This document shows, in pieces, positions 27,282 through 36,675 of a stretch of 62,025 nt of DNA. Location of the stretch: the NCBI GenBank assembly GCA_027859175.1, contig JAQIBG010000003.1, positions 1-62,025 on the forward strand, written 5' to 3'. Both the position numbers and the translations under genes were made by a program. The first letter of the stretch is position 1, and every line of letters begins with the position of its first letter. Origin of the DNA: Planctomycetota bacterium. Its GTDB lineage: Bacteria; Planctomycetota; UBA11346. Below the pieces are notes generated by a model. The model was not told the DNA's origin, did not search any database, and saw nothing but the letters and a program-made list of their open reading frames with translations.

Positions 27282-27639
27282 GGTATGCTCCTTGCCGGTG
27301 GCCGGCGGTTATTCTTGCTTCACCTAGTACTGTTGTTCATCGCACACCTGTTCCAACTTTCTTTGAGACAGTTTCGACGGCTGGTCTCTTTTCGCCATGC
27401 CGTGGATGCGATAAATGGGACCACACCCGATTTGGGACTGCCACACCACCGCATCCAGAACACTCGGCACAAGTCTACCTCGCGATCCGTCACAACCTTC
27501 TTATTGCCTGCCAGGATGCCACTTGCGACTGATGTGACGATGCCGACCGAGGCGACGAGGGGAAATCTCCGTAACGCCCGGTTGCGGCCGGGAACTGAAC
27601 CGGTGACGGGGCCGTTCAGCGCCTCGCATCGGAGACACC

Positions 27640-28020
27640 ATGCATCGATTGGCCCCCCATGCTCGAACCCGACTGCTGCTGTGCCTGTGTTGGGGCTTGG
27701 CGATGAGCGCCTCACTCGGCGCGGCGGAAACTCTCCGCTACACCGGCGACCCAGCGGTGATCAACGACCAACTCCACGACGGTGGTCGGCACCACGCGGT
27801 TGGCGTCCATGAGCACGCGCTATTCCGGCCAACGCGCAATACCAGCACCGCCGCGGGGCCGATGCCGGGCAAGGGTGTAATCGCGCAGACCTTCCATCAC
27901 CACCAGTTCATGACCTACTGGAACGGTCGGTTCTACGTGTACTGGATCGGCTATAAGCTGGATGACGCCAGCAAGCGTGGCTACTTGGCCACCTCCACTG
28001 ACGGTCGTACCTGGAACCAA
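27640..28020 (+). pseudogene. 5' fragment of a secreted BNR/sialidase-like beta-propeller gene
   Basis: It has a signal peptide (RTRLLLCLCWGLAMSASLGA), then HHHQFMTYWNGRFYVYW and an Asp-box-like YLATSTDGRTWNQ. Protein-like character is lost after about codon 126, and the frame is overrun by the DUF1569 gene starting at 28079. Confidence 0.4.
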
Positions 28021-28078
28021 GCCGACCAGCACAACCGTCGTCGATTACGCTCCACCACGGCACCGATCGGAGTTCAGC

Positions 28079-28519
28079 ATGCCCACCCTGTTCGACGCGC
28101 ACACCCGCGCCGCGCTCATCACCCGTCTCAGCACACTGGACCCCGAGGCCAAGCCGCGCTGGGGCCAGATGCCAGCACGCCAACTGCCGCCGCACTTGAT
28201 CGATGCCCTTGAGATGTGCTTCGGCGAGGTGCAGTACCCGGTGCGTGGCGGTTTTATGGCCAGTGGGTTCGGTCGGTGGCTGGTCCTCAAGCTGCCGATC
28301 CCGCGCGGCCGGATCACCGCCCCGCCCGAATTCCACCGCACCCAAGCCGGCGACTTCGCCGCCGATGTGACGCGCGCCAGTGACTTGCTTGAGCGCTTCT
28401 CTGCCGGCCCGGATCAAGCTTGGGGCTGTTCGCCGATCTTCGGAGCCCGCAGCCCGCAGCAGTGGACGCGGCTCCAGTGGGCCCACACCAACCACCATCT
28501 GAAGCAGTTTGGCTGCTAG
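28079..28519 (+). CDS. DUF1569 (DinB-like) protein
   Basis: From the internal ATG the product starts MPTLFDAHTRAALITRLSTLDPEAKPRWGQM and ends ...SPIFGARSPQQWTRLQWAHTNHHLKQFGC. The ending fits the remembered DUF1569 C-terminus (HP.FG.L....W..L...H..HHL.QFG). Confidence 0.65.
   Translation: MPTLFDAHTRAALITRLSTLDPEAKPRWGQMPARQLPPHLIDALEMCFGEVQYPVRGGFMASGFGRWLVLKLPIPRGRITAPPEFHRTQAGDFAADVTRASDLLERFSAGPDQAWGCSPIFGARSPQQWTRLQWAHTNHHLKQFGC
28424..28519 (+). repeat. Direct repeat copy A (3' end of the DUF1569 gene)
   Basis: Copy A starts ggctgttcgccgatcttcggagcc and ends aagcagtttggctgctag. See copy B at 29799..29880. Confidence 0.7.
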
Positions 28520-28540
28520 CGCATGCTGACGCCAGCACTT

Positions 28541-28572
28541 GGAAGCGATCCATTTCAGCACCAGTCGCTTCC
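28541..28572 (+). terminator. Hairpin downstream of the DUF1569 gene
   Basis: 8-bp stem, ggaagcga (28541..28548) and tcgcttcc (28565..28572), with a 16-nt loop. No strong U-tract. Confidence 0.35.
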
Positions 28573-28834
28573 CCTTCAAAACGCCTTCAGGATCGGCTGA
28601 TCGATACCAGCGCGCAGCGTCGGCGACCTGGGTCTTGGGCCCGATTATGAGGTCGAGGCATAGGACAAAACGAACGCGCACTCGATTTCCCCAAACCGCT
28701 TGGTTATTGCAAGTCATCGTCATAACTGCAGTTCCACTGCCAGCCAGACGGGCTAAAAGCGCTGTGTCCGGTTTAGACCAAGTTGAGCATCTAACCGTTA
28801 TGATATCTGTACGCTTAGATAAGGTGCGCTGGCT

Positions 28835-29797
28835 ATGACTCCTCCGATGCGCCCGGGCGGCTTTACCCTGATCGAACTCTTGGTGGTGGTCACTATCATC
28901 GCGATCCTGGCGGGGCTGCTGCTCCCGGTGATCGCCATGGTGCGCGGCACCGCCAACACCGCCAACTGCATGAGCAACATGCGCCAGATCGGCCTGTTCA
29001 CCGAAAACTACGCGTCCGACCACTCTGGCTACTACCCACCAGCAACGCTGGAGGCAAATCGGATCTATCCGTGGCTGCCACAGCCAGCCAACGCAATCCA
29101 TGGCTGGACCGCCCACAACGAGTGGTGGCACAGTTGGATCTACTATCTTGAGCCCTACCTGACCAATGAACAAAAAAACCCCTGGGGCGCCAGCGTGATC
29201 GGCGGCAAAGGCGGCGTCATGATATGCCCGGGGCATTGGTTCCGGCCGACGATCACAACCAAAACCGCGGCCGAGAACAATGATTGGGCGATTCTCACCA
29301 GCTATGGCATGAACGTCGCTTGCCTTGAGGCCAATACCGGCGGTGGCATCCGCAACTTGGAACCTGGGCATCCTGGGTGGGGCGTCGGTGTCGACGGAAT
29401 GATGGACACCCGGCGGCATCAGGATCTGTTCCCCCACCCCAGTTCCACCATCCACATCGCCGAGCATGCTGGCACCATGCCAGACGGCACTCTCAAATAC
29501 AAAGATGGCATAACATCTATCAATGAGTGGACCAACCCACCCAACGTGAGCTGGCCGATGTCCGGACCCAACGAGTACGTCGCGATCCCGTCGGGGAGCG
29601 CGTCCGCCAATCCGATCGGCCTCGGCACATGGCGCCACAACGGCCAGACGCTACGCGTCTCCCACCGGGGGCGCTCCAACTACCTGTTCTACGATGGCCA
29701 CATCGAAAGCATCAAGCCCTTCGATACCTGCGGACCCGCGCTAGACGACACCGACGCCAACGCGATGTGGAACGGTCGCCACCCCTCCGCTCGCTGA
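28835..29797 (+). CDS. Prepilin-type N-terminal methylation domain protein of the DUF1559 / H-X9-DG class (pseudopilin-like)
   Basis: N-terminus RPGGFTLIELLVVVTIIAILAGLLLP. C-terminal HRGRSNYLFYDG is an exact H-X9-DG motif. This class is typical of Planctomycetota and other PVC genomes. Confidence 0.85.
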   Translation: MTPPMRPGGFTLIELLVVVTIIAILAGLLLPVIAMVRGTANTANCMSNMRQIGLFTENYASDHSGYYPPATLEANRIYPWLPQPANAIHGWTAHNEWWHSWIYYLEPYLTNEQKNPWGASVIGGKGGVMICPGHWFRPTITTKTAAENNDWAILTSYGMNVACLEANTGGGIRNLEPGHPGWGVGVDGMMDTRRHQDLFPHPSSTIHIAEHAGTMPDGTLKYKDGITSINEWTNPPNVSWPMSGPNEYVAIPSGSASANPIGLGTWRHNGQTLRVSHRGRSNYLFYDGHIESIKPFDTCGPALDDTDANAMWNGRHPSAR

Positions 29798-29798
29798 G

Positions 29799-29880
29799 GG
29801 CTGCTCGCCGATCTTCGGAGCCAGCAGCAAAGGGCGCGACCTCAAGCCAACCTTTTTGTCTAAAACAGCTCGGCTGCTGA
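29799..29880 (+). repeat. Direct repeat copy B (degenerate copy of the DUF1569 3' end)
   Basis: Copy B starts ggctgctcgccgatcttcggagcc (23/24 identical to copy A) and ends aaacagctcggctgctga. It begins 2 nt after the DUF1559 stop codon and translates GCSPIFGA.., the same 8 residues as copy A. Confidence 0.7.
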
Positions 29881-29921
29881 CGCGCATCACCGATTCAAAG
29901 CGTAAGTCAAGGCGCCCGGGC

Positions 29922-31496
29922 TCAGCCCGACGACAACAGGGCCGCCGCCAGCTCTTGCACCTGGCCGATCTGGAAGTCGAGATCGGCGATGCCGGTGATG
30001 GGATCAATGCCCCGAACCCGGGCGTACACGAAGAACAGCACGCGATGGCCGTCGATCACGGCGAGCGTGGATTCGCCCATGGCCACTACTTTGCCGATAT
30101 CGGCCGCATCCAGTGGGCCAGTGCCGGTATCCTTCTGCAGGATCACTACCGGCGCGGTCCAATTGCCGGGGGTGGCGTAACCCGCAGCGTCGTGATCGCC
30201 GGCGTAGGCCGCGAAGGCCACACTGGTGTCTTGGGTGAAGAACAGGCCGTCACCTTCCAAGCAGGGCTGAATCGCTTCGGTATCCGGAACGTTAACCACA
30301 TTGGGCAGCACCAGACTGGTGTAGTCGTTAGTGCCGGGGAAGCTGCCAGAATTAATCACGTGAACGCTGAGTTTATGGGTGTCGGGGTCGTTGTCGTACT
30401 CATCGTCGGTCCAAATAGCGCGAACCGCGCCACCGGAATCTAGCTCCAAAAAATTATTCCCTTGGGTTCCGCTGTTATCGCCGAGGTCAACTAGGCTCGA
30501 AGCAAAGGGCGCGCCCCGTGCCGGTGGACTATTCGGCGTGGTGGTCACGTAGGTGCCGAGATTGGTATTGGCACCGGCAGAAATATCACAGTGATAGAGA
30601 TCAAACCCGAGGTCGGTGGTGAAACTGTCTTTGAGCGCAAATACCGTACGATAGTCATCGCCGCCCAGGGGCTGGAAGCCAAGACCGAAGGGGTTAATGA
30701 TGCCGTCATTGAGATCATCGAAAGCCACGGTGAACGGCGCACCAAAACTGCCATCAGCTTGCCGCTCGAAACCATAGAAGATTGTCGACCAAGCCAAGAT
30801 CGGCGATCCGCCGATGCCAACTCCCCACGACGCGGCGTTGTGCAGGTTGGTCGTGCCGTCTATGCGCCCCATGGGGAAGTACGGCCGCTGCGGGGCTGCG
30901 GTCGGCCCCAAGGTCTCGTCAACCCATGGATGCGAGAAAACTGTAGGCGACAGCCGGTTGCCACCAGCGCCGTCGTTCGCCCGCTCAGTGTTGAACACCA
31001 CCAAGCCAGACGCGCCGTAGGGCCCGTACTGCACAAACAAATAGCGCCCGTCTGGGCTGATGGTGGAGCCGTCTTCATAGCCCGAGCTATTCACCAATCC
31101 GGCCACCGCTTCGGGCTGGCCCCAGCCGGCGGCCACATCCTGCAACACCAAGGCGGTACGACTGGCCGACCCAGCACCCAGGCTGGCACTGACCACATAC
31201 TCACCAGTGGTGTCCGGCGTGAGCGTGGCCAGCCAACTGGCACCATCTGCCACCGGATCCGATAGGCTCCCATGATCAACCGCCAGACTCGGCACCGCGC
31301 TAGACCCGTCGACCGTGACCCGCACCGTCACCTGATCGAGCCCAGCCACCGCGATGCGCTCGAAGCTCATGTCCACGGTCGGCACGGCGTCGCTATCACC
31401 GCCAGCGCCATCATCTCCGCCGTCACCACTGCTCGAGCAAGACAGTCCGCAAAACGCTAACAGAAACGGGAAAAGGGCCTGAACGAATGCACGCAT
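29922..31496 (-). CDS. Exported/lipoprotein-like protein, possibly a beta-propeller (PD40/TolB-like motif)
   Basis: From the internal ATG 31496 the product starts MRAFVQALFPFLLAFCGLSCSSSGDGGDD. It contains STISPDGRYLFVQY. No confident family assignment. Confidence 0.5.
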   Translation of the reverse strand: MRAFVQALFPFLLAFCGLSCSSSGDGGDDGAGGDSDAVPTVDMSFERIAVAGLDQVTVRVTVDGSSAVPSLAVDHGSLSDPVADGASWLATLTPDTTGEYVVSASLGAGSASRTALVLQDVAAGWGQPEAVAGLVNSSGYEDGSTISPDGRYLFVQYGPYGASGLVVFNTERANDGAGGNRLSPTVFSHPWVDETLGPTAAPQRPYFPMGRIDGTTNLHNAASWGVGIGGSPILAWSTIFYGFERQADGSFGAPFTVAFDDLNDGIINPFGLGFQPLGGDDYRTVFALKDSFTTDLGFDLYHCDISAGANTNLGTYVTTTPNSPPARGAPFASSLVDLGDNSGTQGNNFLELDSGGAVRAIWTDDEYDNDPDTHKLSVHVINSGSFPGTNDYTSLVLPNVVNVPDTEAIQPCLEGDGLFFTQDTSVAFAAYAGDHDAAGYATPGNWTAPVVILQKDTGTGPLDAADIGKVVAMGESTLAVIDGHRVLFFVYARVRGIDPITGIADLDFQIGQVQELAAALLSSG

Positions 31497-31856
31497 ACTG
31501 ACACCAACTTGGGAACGAGAAAGGCACGGCGACAGAACGGTCAGCCTACCGGCAAGCGAAACAGCGCCAAGCAGGGACAAGCGCCACGCCAAGAGCTGTG
31601 TCGGCTCCCTCACAGCAATGATTCCAGCAGCAGAAAGGCCAACAATTCATGAGCAAAACTAAGCACCCCTCATCATGTTTATAATAGCTTAAAATAATCT
31701 ACTCGGACGCCAACATGAGGGGAGGCCCCATCCCGCTAGGACGTGCAATTCTACGCGCCCCCGCCCTGAATCGACTACAGCGGAATTGCCGGCGACTTCA
31801 TGCACCACAACAGCCTTGGGCAGATGGCGGATCCGGGGCATGACGGAGAAATATCC

Positions 31857-32354
31857 TCACTCCGGCCGCACAAGATGCGTGGCCCCGGCGTGGCGATACG
31901 CGCGCGGTGAACGCCCCTGAACGGTGCGGAAGGCCTTGTTGAAGGCTTGCGGATCTGGCATGCCCACGCTGGCGCCGATCTCGGCGATCGGTTTGGTGGT
32001 ATGGCGCAGCAAATGGCAGGCGCGTTCAACGCGCAGCGCGCGGATATACCCGACCACCGTGGCGGCCGCCTGCTGGCGGAAGATGCGGGTCAGTTGATTA
32101 TGTGACAACCCGACCTCAGCCGCGATCGTGGGCACGCTCAACTCCTCGCTGAGATGAAGGTCGATATAGGCGCTGGCGCGCTCGTAGCGCGGGTCCACCG
32201 CATCGCCCTCGGCGACGGCGACGGCGCCGGGCGCCACCAGCTGCCACAGCACCGACCACAACAGGGCTTGGGCCCGCACCCGATTGCGACGAAAGGCGGT
32301 GAGGCAGAGTTCCAACTGGCGCTCCAAAACCGCGTAGTCAGGACGGTTCGCCAA
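31857..32354 (-). CDS. AraC/XylS-family transcriptional regulator (short, mainly the HTH domain)
   Basis: VPTIAAEVGLSHNQLTRIFRQ ... IAEIGASVGMPDPQAFNKAFRTVQGRSPRAYR shows the two-HTH AraC pattern. Confidence 0.8.
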   Translation of the reverse strand: MANRPDYAVLERQLELCLTAFRRNRVRAQALLWSVLWQLVAPGAVAVAEGDAVDPRYERASAYIDLHLSEELSVPTIAAEVGLSHNQLTRIFRQQAAATVVGYIRALRVERACHLLRHTTKPIAEIGASVGMPDPQAFNKAFRTVQGRSPRAYRHAGATHLVRPE

Positions 32355-34380
32355 GCAGAATCTGCGCTCGGCGCAAGATCGGTGGCTGGGCGGTGACGCG
32401 CGCGACGGTCTGGGTCACATGCCGCGGTTCGATACGCGGGTAGGCCACCGCAATCGAAACCCCCTCCACTTGATGCGCCAAACGGGTTGCCATCCGATTC
32501 CAGGTGCCATCCCACGAGATGGTTCCCGCGCGGCAGCCAAACAGCACCAGCAGAGCGTGGGGCCCAGCCAGGGCTGCAAGCTGCTCGGCCACGCCTTGTT
32601 CCGCGCCTACAAAAGTAAGGGCACACTTGCTGCCCGCCGCAGCGATCCGCTCGCGTAACCCCTCGTCCAAGGGGTGCGCGGTGACCACTGTCATGGTCGC
32701 GCCAAGACGCTTGGCGACGCGCTTCCAGTCAGCAATCAATTCGCCGAAGCCCGGTTCGGCGTGGGCCAACAAGGGCAAGGCCACCACCACCCGCTCGACC
32801 ACCGCGATCGGTTCGGTCAGGCGCACCACCAGCAACTGGTCACCGGTGGCCTCAACCACATCGTCGATGATGCCGCGATTGAGGTGGAAGTTGCGCTGCC
32901 ACCGCGACTCCGGCCCAGTCCAACCGAGAATCATGCAGGTGCTGCGCGATTCGGCCTTGGCCCGCAGAATGCCAACCACCGGGCTGGGGTCGACGCGGAT
33001 CACCGGCTTGACCGGCACCTCGGCCGCCGCCAGGTGCAGCACACTGGCGCCGAGCAAGCGCTCGCTGGCTGCCACCGCCCCCTCGTGACTGGCCACCGAC
33101 AAGGGCAGCAGGGCCTCATCGTTAAGCGGCCGCCGCAGCATGATGGCGAGGTCAAGCAGAGCATCCGATGATTGCGGGTTCGACAGCGGGATCAGGATCC
33201 GCTGGAAATCCTCGGCCGTTTGCTCGTCGTCTTGATCGCTTGCCGCTGCCACCCGGCGCCCAGCAACCTGCACCAGCAGCGGCCCAAGCACGCAGGTCAC
33301 CAACACCATCACGATGGTGGCATTGAGAATCGCGTCATCGAATAGCTCCAATTTATGCCCAACCAATACCACCGCCAAGGTTGTGGCCGCCTGCGGCAGA
33401 CTGAGCCCCCACGCGATCACCGCGTCGCCGCGCGAGTAGCCGAAGATCTTTCGCATCAGCCACGCGGCGCCGCCCTTACATACAATCACAGTGGTGGTCA
33501 TAAACAGCGCCATCTCAATCGTACGCACATCGCCAATCACCATCCGCAGGTCGATCAGCATCCCAACCGAGAGCAGGAAGAAGGGCACAAAGATGGTGTT
33601 GCCGATGAAAAACGCACGGTTGGCCAAAACGCCATCATGCGGCACCAAACGATTCATCGCCAGGCCGGCCAGGAAGGCGCCAATAATCGGCTCCAGGCCC
33701 ACCAGGTGGGCAATGTAGCCACAACCCGAGAGCGCGGTCATCATGAACGCGAAATGTGCACCGCCATCGCTCACTCGGCGGAAGAACCAGCGCCCAAGCA
33801 CCGGCAGTCCAAACACCACCACCGCAGCGAAAGCGCCAGCCTGCAGCAGGAGCTTGCCAAGAAACAGCGGTCCAAAATCACCCGCGGTACTCTGGGCGAC
33901 GCCCGCCAAAACCAGCAGCGCCAGGGTATCGGTGATCACCGTGCCGCCGATAACCGCCACACACATCTCACGCTCGGTCAGGCCCAAGCGTTTCGCAATC
34001 AGTAAGGCCAAGAAGGAGTGGCTACTAAATACGCTGCCAAGCAGAATCGCCGTCGGCATCGAGAAATCGAACAGCAGCCAAGCAAGAACGGTGCCGACCA
34101 CCTGAGGCACCAAGAAAGTGATCACGCCGAAGGTTACCGCGCGCGCGCGCTTGCGGCTCAAGTCTGCAAGGTCGACTTCGAGACCAGCCAGGAACACGAG
34201 ATAGAGCAGGCCTATCGTACCCAGCAATTGAATTGTCTCATCGCGCTCAAGCAGGCCAATGCCATGGGGGCCAACCAAGATGCCAGCCACCAGAATTCCG
34301 ATGATATCCGGAAGCCGCAAACGGTTGGTGATCAACGGCAGCAGCAAGAACGCCGCCATCGCGATGGCAACGATCAGCAC
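32338..34380 (-). CDS. CPA2-family cation:proton antiporter fused to C-terminal USP-like domains
   Basis: N-terminus LPDIIGILVAGILVGPHGIGLL...TIGLLYLVFLAGLEVDL, followed by about 12 TM segments. The C-terminal part, about 270 aa, is soluble. The start is GTG 34380 or ATG 34359. Confidence 0.85.
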   Translation of the reverse strand: MLIVAIAMAAFLLLPLITNRLRLPDIIGILVAGILVGPHGIGLLERDETIQLLGTIGLLYLVFLAGLEVDLADLSRKRARAVTFGVITFLVPQVVGTVLAWLLFDFSMPTAILLGSVFSSHSFLALLIAKRLGLTEREMCVAVIGGTVITDTLALLVLAGVAQSTAGDFGPLFLGKLLLQAGAFAAVVVFGLPVLGRWFFRRVSDGGAHFAFMMTALSGCGYIAHLVGLEPIIGAFLAGLAMNRLVPHDGVLANRAFFIGNTIFVPFFLLSVGMLIDLRMVIGDVRTIEMALFMTTTVIVCKGGAAWLMRKIFGYSRGDAVIAWGLSLPQAATTLAVVLVGHKLELFDDAILNATIVMVLVTCVLGPLLVQVAGRRVAAASDQDDEQTAEDFQRILIPLSNPQSSDALLDLAIMLRRPLNDEALLPLSVASHEGAVAASERLLGASVLHLAAAEVPVKPVIRVDPSPVVGILRAKAESRSTCMILGWTGPESRWQRNFHLNRGIIDDVVEATGDQLLVVRLTEPIAVVERVVVALPLLAHAEPGFGELIADWKRVAKRLGATMTVVTAHPLDEGLRERIAAAGSKCALTFVGAEQGVAEQLAALAGPHALLVLFGCRAGTISWDGTWNRMATRLAHQVEGVSIAVAYPRIEPRHVTQTVARVTAQPPILRRAQILLGEPS

Positions 34381-34967
34381 CGGGTCATGAACGGGGAGGG
34401 TCAGTCCCGAGGCTGCAATCGGGGTGGCGATGGGATGCTCCTTTGAGTCGCTGATGAGTAGCGAGTAGCGATGATCCGCGAGCGCCTAACAAGCTGATTG
34501 GGCTCAAGCTGCTAGACCTCGACAAAAACCGAAACGGCCTTGCCGCCAAATTGGTATAGCCTCATCGTGACGCATCAGCTATTCGATATTAACAAATCCA
34601 CAAGTGGAGAAAACGAAACCGAACACAACGCCGATCGCGGCAGGCTCACGCCACCCAGCAGGGCTCCCTACGACACTCAAGAGCGCGACAACCACCTCAA
34701 GCATACGTTGACCATCGATCCACGGCCCTTACTTTCCCAATTCGTGAATTGTTCCATCGACATCGCGGCAACAGCAAGGGGCTCCGCCGAACCGAGCGCG
34801 GGTGCGCCTGCTCGTGTGGTGCTTACGATTGCGTCCCAACGCACGGTGGCCCTGCGCCGTACCAGGGCCGTGGACGAACAACAAGCCGACATACTGATCT
34901 GCGAGCGTCTGACGGATGGTCGCTGGAACCAGCAGCGCACCCGCATGACCAAATGGGGTATTGCGGC

Positions 34968-35324
34968 ATGAGATCCGTGACCGGCCTGCTCGGGTGGGTG
35001 CTGATCGTGCTCACAACGCTGGCGCCGATAACGGCGTGGTGTAGCACCGGCACCTGCGATCGCCCCGCGATCGACACCGGTTGCTGCAACCAAACTGATG
35101 CCACCACTGAGCAGGATGAGAACTGCGACGACTGCTTCGACCTCAGTGATAACGCCGTCCCCGATCGCATCGCTGCCACTGCGGTCGCAATCCTTCCCGC
35201 AGCCCCACTAGCGAGCCCGCAGCATGCACGCGGCCGGTCGCACTCGGTGCAGCCCTTGCCAACCGGCCCGCCAAGGCCGTCTGGCACCCTACGCGATCTT
35301 CGCACCGTCCGCCTGTTAATCTGA
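34968..35324 (+). CDS. Small Cys-rich exported protein upstream of czcC (CzcI-like by position)
   Basis: MRSVTGLLGWVLIVLTTLAPITAWC then STGTCDRPAIDTGCCNQ..DENCDDCFDL. The C-terminal part is Pro-rich (PLPTGPPRPSG). The ATG overlaps the stop codon of an upstream open frame (ATGA). Confidence 0.45.
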   Translation: MRSVTGLLGWVLIVLTTLAPITAWCSTGTCDRPAIDTGCCNQTDATTEQDENCDDCFDLSDNAVPDRIAATAVAILPAAPLASPQHARGRSHSVQPLPTGPPRPSGTLRDLRTVRLLI

Positions 35325-35406
35325 CCCCCTGCGTTACCCCGCCGTTCACTAACGGCGCAGGTCGTGACCACACTGGTCACGACCAGACCACGCAGGAGGT
35401 ACTCCC

Positions 35407-36675
35407 ATGCTCATCCAGGCCATGGCCAACGCAGCCGTCGCCATCCTGATCGCTGCCACCACAGCCACGGCTGCCGACGCGGTGCAATTAAGCCGCAGCG
35501 CCGTACTTGAGCAGGCACGGCACCGTGCGCCGGAGCTCTTGGCCGAGCTTGAGCGCGCCGGGCTTGCCGCCGGGGCCCTGCACCAAGCCGGGCTGTGGCC
35601 CTATAACCCCGAGTTGGGGCTGATGGGCGGGCCGCGTATCGGCGATGACGACACCAGTTGGGACTACGGAATCGCACTCAGCCAACGCCTACCCTTGAGT
35701 GGACGACGCTCAGCCGCAATAGCACTTGCCCGCGCCAATCTCGATACCACTCGGGCTAGCATTGCGGAACGCAGCCGAGCCGTGCTCCTGGAAGCAGCGC
35801 TGCGTCACTTGGATGCGGTGCGCGCGCAAGAGCACGTTGTACTCAGCCAAGCGGCCGTCGACCTGGCAGATCGTATCGGCACCGTGATTGAACGACGGCG
35901 TGCCGCCGGTGACGCAGACGACCTCGATGCCAACGTCGCCACCATTGCCCTGGCCCGTAGCCGCGCCGCGCTCCGCCGGGCCGCTGCGGAAGCCGCCGCC
36001 AGCAGGGCTCAACTGGCGGCTCTGCTCGGGATTCCGCCCAAGACGCCGGTCACGATCCTCGGGAGCCTGCAGTGGGAGAGTCCTGGTAAGTCGCAGGCCC
36101 AAGACGCGGTCGCCCGACGCCCCGAGTTGGCACGCCTGCTGGCTGAGCGCCGGTCCGCAGAGGCTGCGGAGCAGGTCGCCGCAGTACGGGCCGGAATTGA
36201 TCCCACGCTGTCATTGAGCTACGAGCGCGAAGAAGATCAAGACATCGTCCACTTCGGACTCGGCCTAGAATTGCCGCTGGCCAACCGTGGCCAGGGCGAC
36301 CGCGCAGCAGCACGGGCGTCGGCACGGCTTGCCAGCCGCCGCCACGAGGCCGAACGCCAACGCATCGTCGGCGAAATTGCCGCAGCGATCGAACGCGCCC
36401 AAGCCCTCAACGCTGCGGCCGCTGACTTCCGCGAAGCAATCCTACCGCGACTGAAAACCAACGAGCGCCTGACCGACCTCGCCTTTCGCAGCGGCAGCCT
36501 GAGTTTTAGCGAAGTGCTCAGTCAGCAACGCGAGGTGCTCGCGGCGCGCGCGGAACTCTTAGCTCTCGACTACCAAGCAGCCACGGCGGCGGCAGAAGCC
36601 ACCGCGGCGGCAGCACTCCCCCCCTTCACAACGGATCTCGAATCCGCCACGCCCCAACCCAAGGATCACCCATGA
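35407..36675 (+). CDS. czcC: TolC/CzcC-family outer-membrane efflux protein
   Basis: GGAGG lies 7 nt upstream of the ATG. The 422-aa product has the OEP two-repeat pattern, and its stop codon overlaps the next ATG (ATGA). Confidence 0.8.
   Translation: MLIQAMANAAVAILIAATTATAADAVQLSRSAVLEQARHRAPELLAELERAGLAAGALHQAGLWPYNPELGLMGGPRIGDDDTSWDYGIALSQRLPLSGRRSAAIALARANLDTTRASIAERSRAVLLEAALRHLDAVRAQEHVVLSQAAVDLADRIGTVIERRRAAGDADDLDANVATIALARSRAALRRAAAEAAASRAQLAALLGIPPKTPVTILGSLQWESPGKSQAQDAVARRPELARLLAERRSAEAAEQVAAVRAGIDPTLSLSYEREEDQDIVHFGLGLELPLANRGQGDRAAARASARLASRRHEAERQRIVGEIAAAIERAQALNAAAADFREAILPRLKTNERLTDLAFRSGSLSFSEVLSQQREVLAARAELLALDYQAATAAAEATAAAALPPFTTDLESATPQPKDHP

Noticed and set aside
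27348-27355. Shared TGGAACAG (and TAGGTGA) upstream of both small exported metal-motif genes (23215..23222 and 27348..27355, minus strand), considered as a common ECF or sigma-54 promoter
   Set aside because: The spacing between the two shared words differs (10 versus 23 nt). The second site is 1 nt off the sigma-54 GG-N10-GC spacing. The 8-mer also occurs inside several coding regions of the window (for example near 10296, 27087, 37483 and 47068), so chance cannot be excluded.
27320-27715. 131-aa minus-strand ORF upstream of the CxxCxxC peptide gene
   Set aside because: Third-position GC is low, and there is no RBS and no family motif. It overlaps the start of the plus-strand fragment gene and is more likely promoter or leader DNA.
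27908-29638. 576-aa minus-strand ORF spanning the DUF1569 and DUF1559 genes
   Set aside because: It is antisense to two genes with clear family motifs. The translation is Arg/Gly/Ala/Pro-rich with no motif. This is a typical long spurious frame in high-GC DNA.
31666-31722. 8-bp inverted repeat (cccctcat / atgagggg) enclosing an A/T-rich stretch upstream of the lipoprotein gene
   Set aside because: The arms are short and the loop is 41 nt. It may simply frame a promoter (ttataatagcttaaaataat). A regulatory structure cannot be supported from sequence alone.
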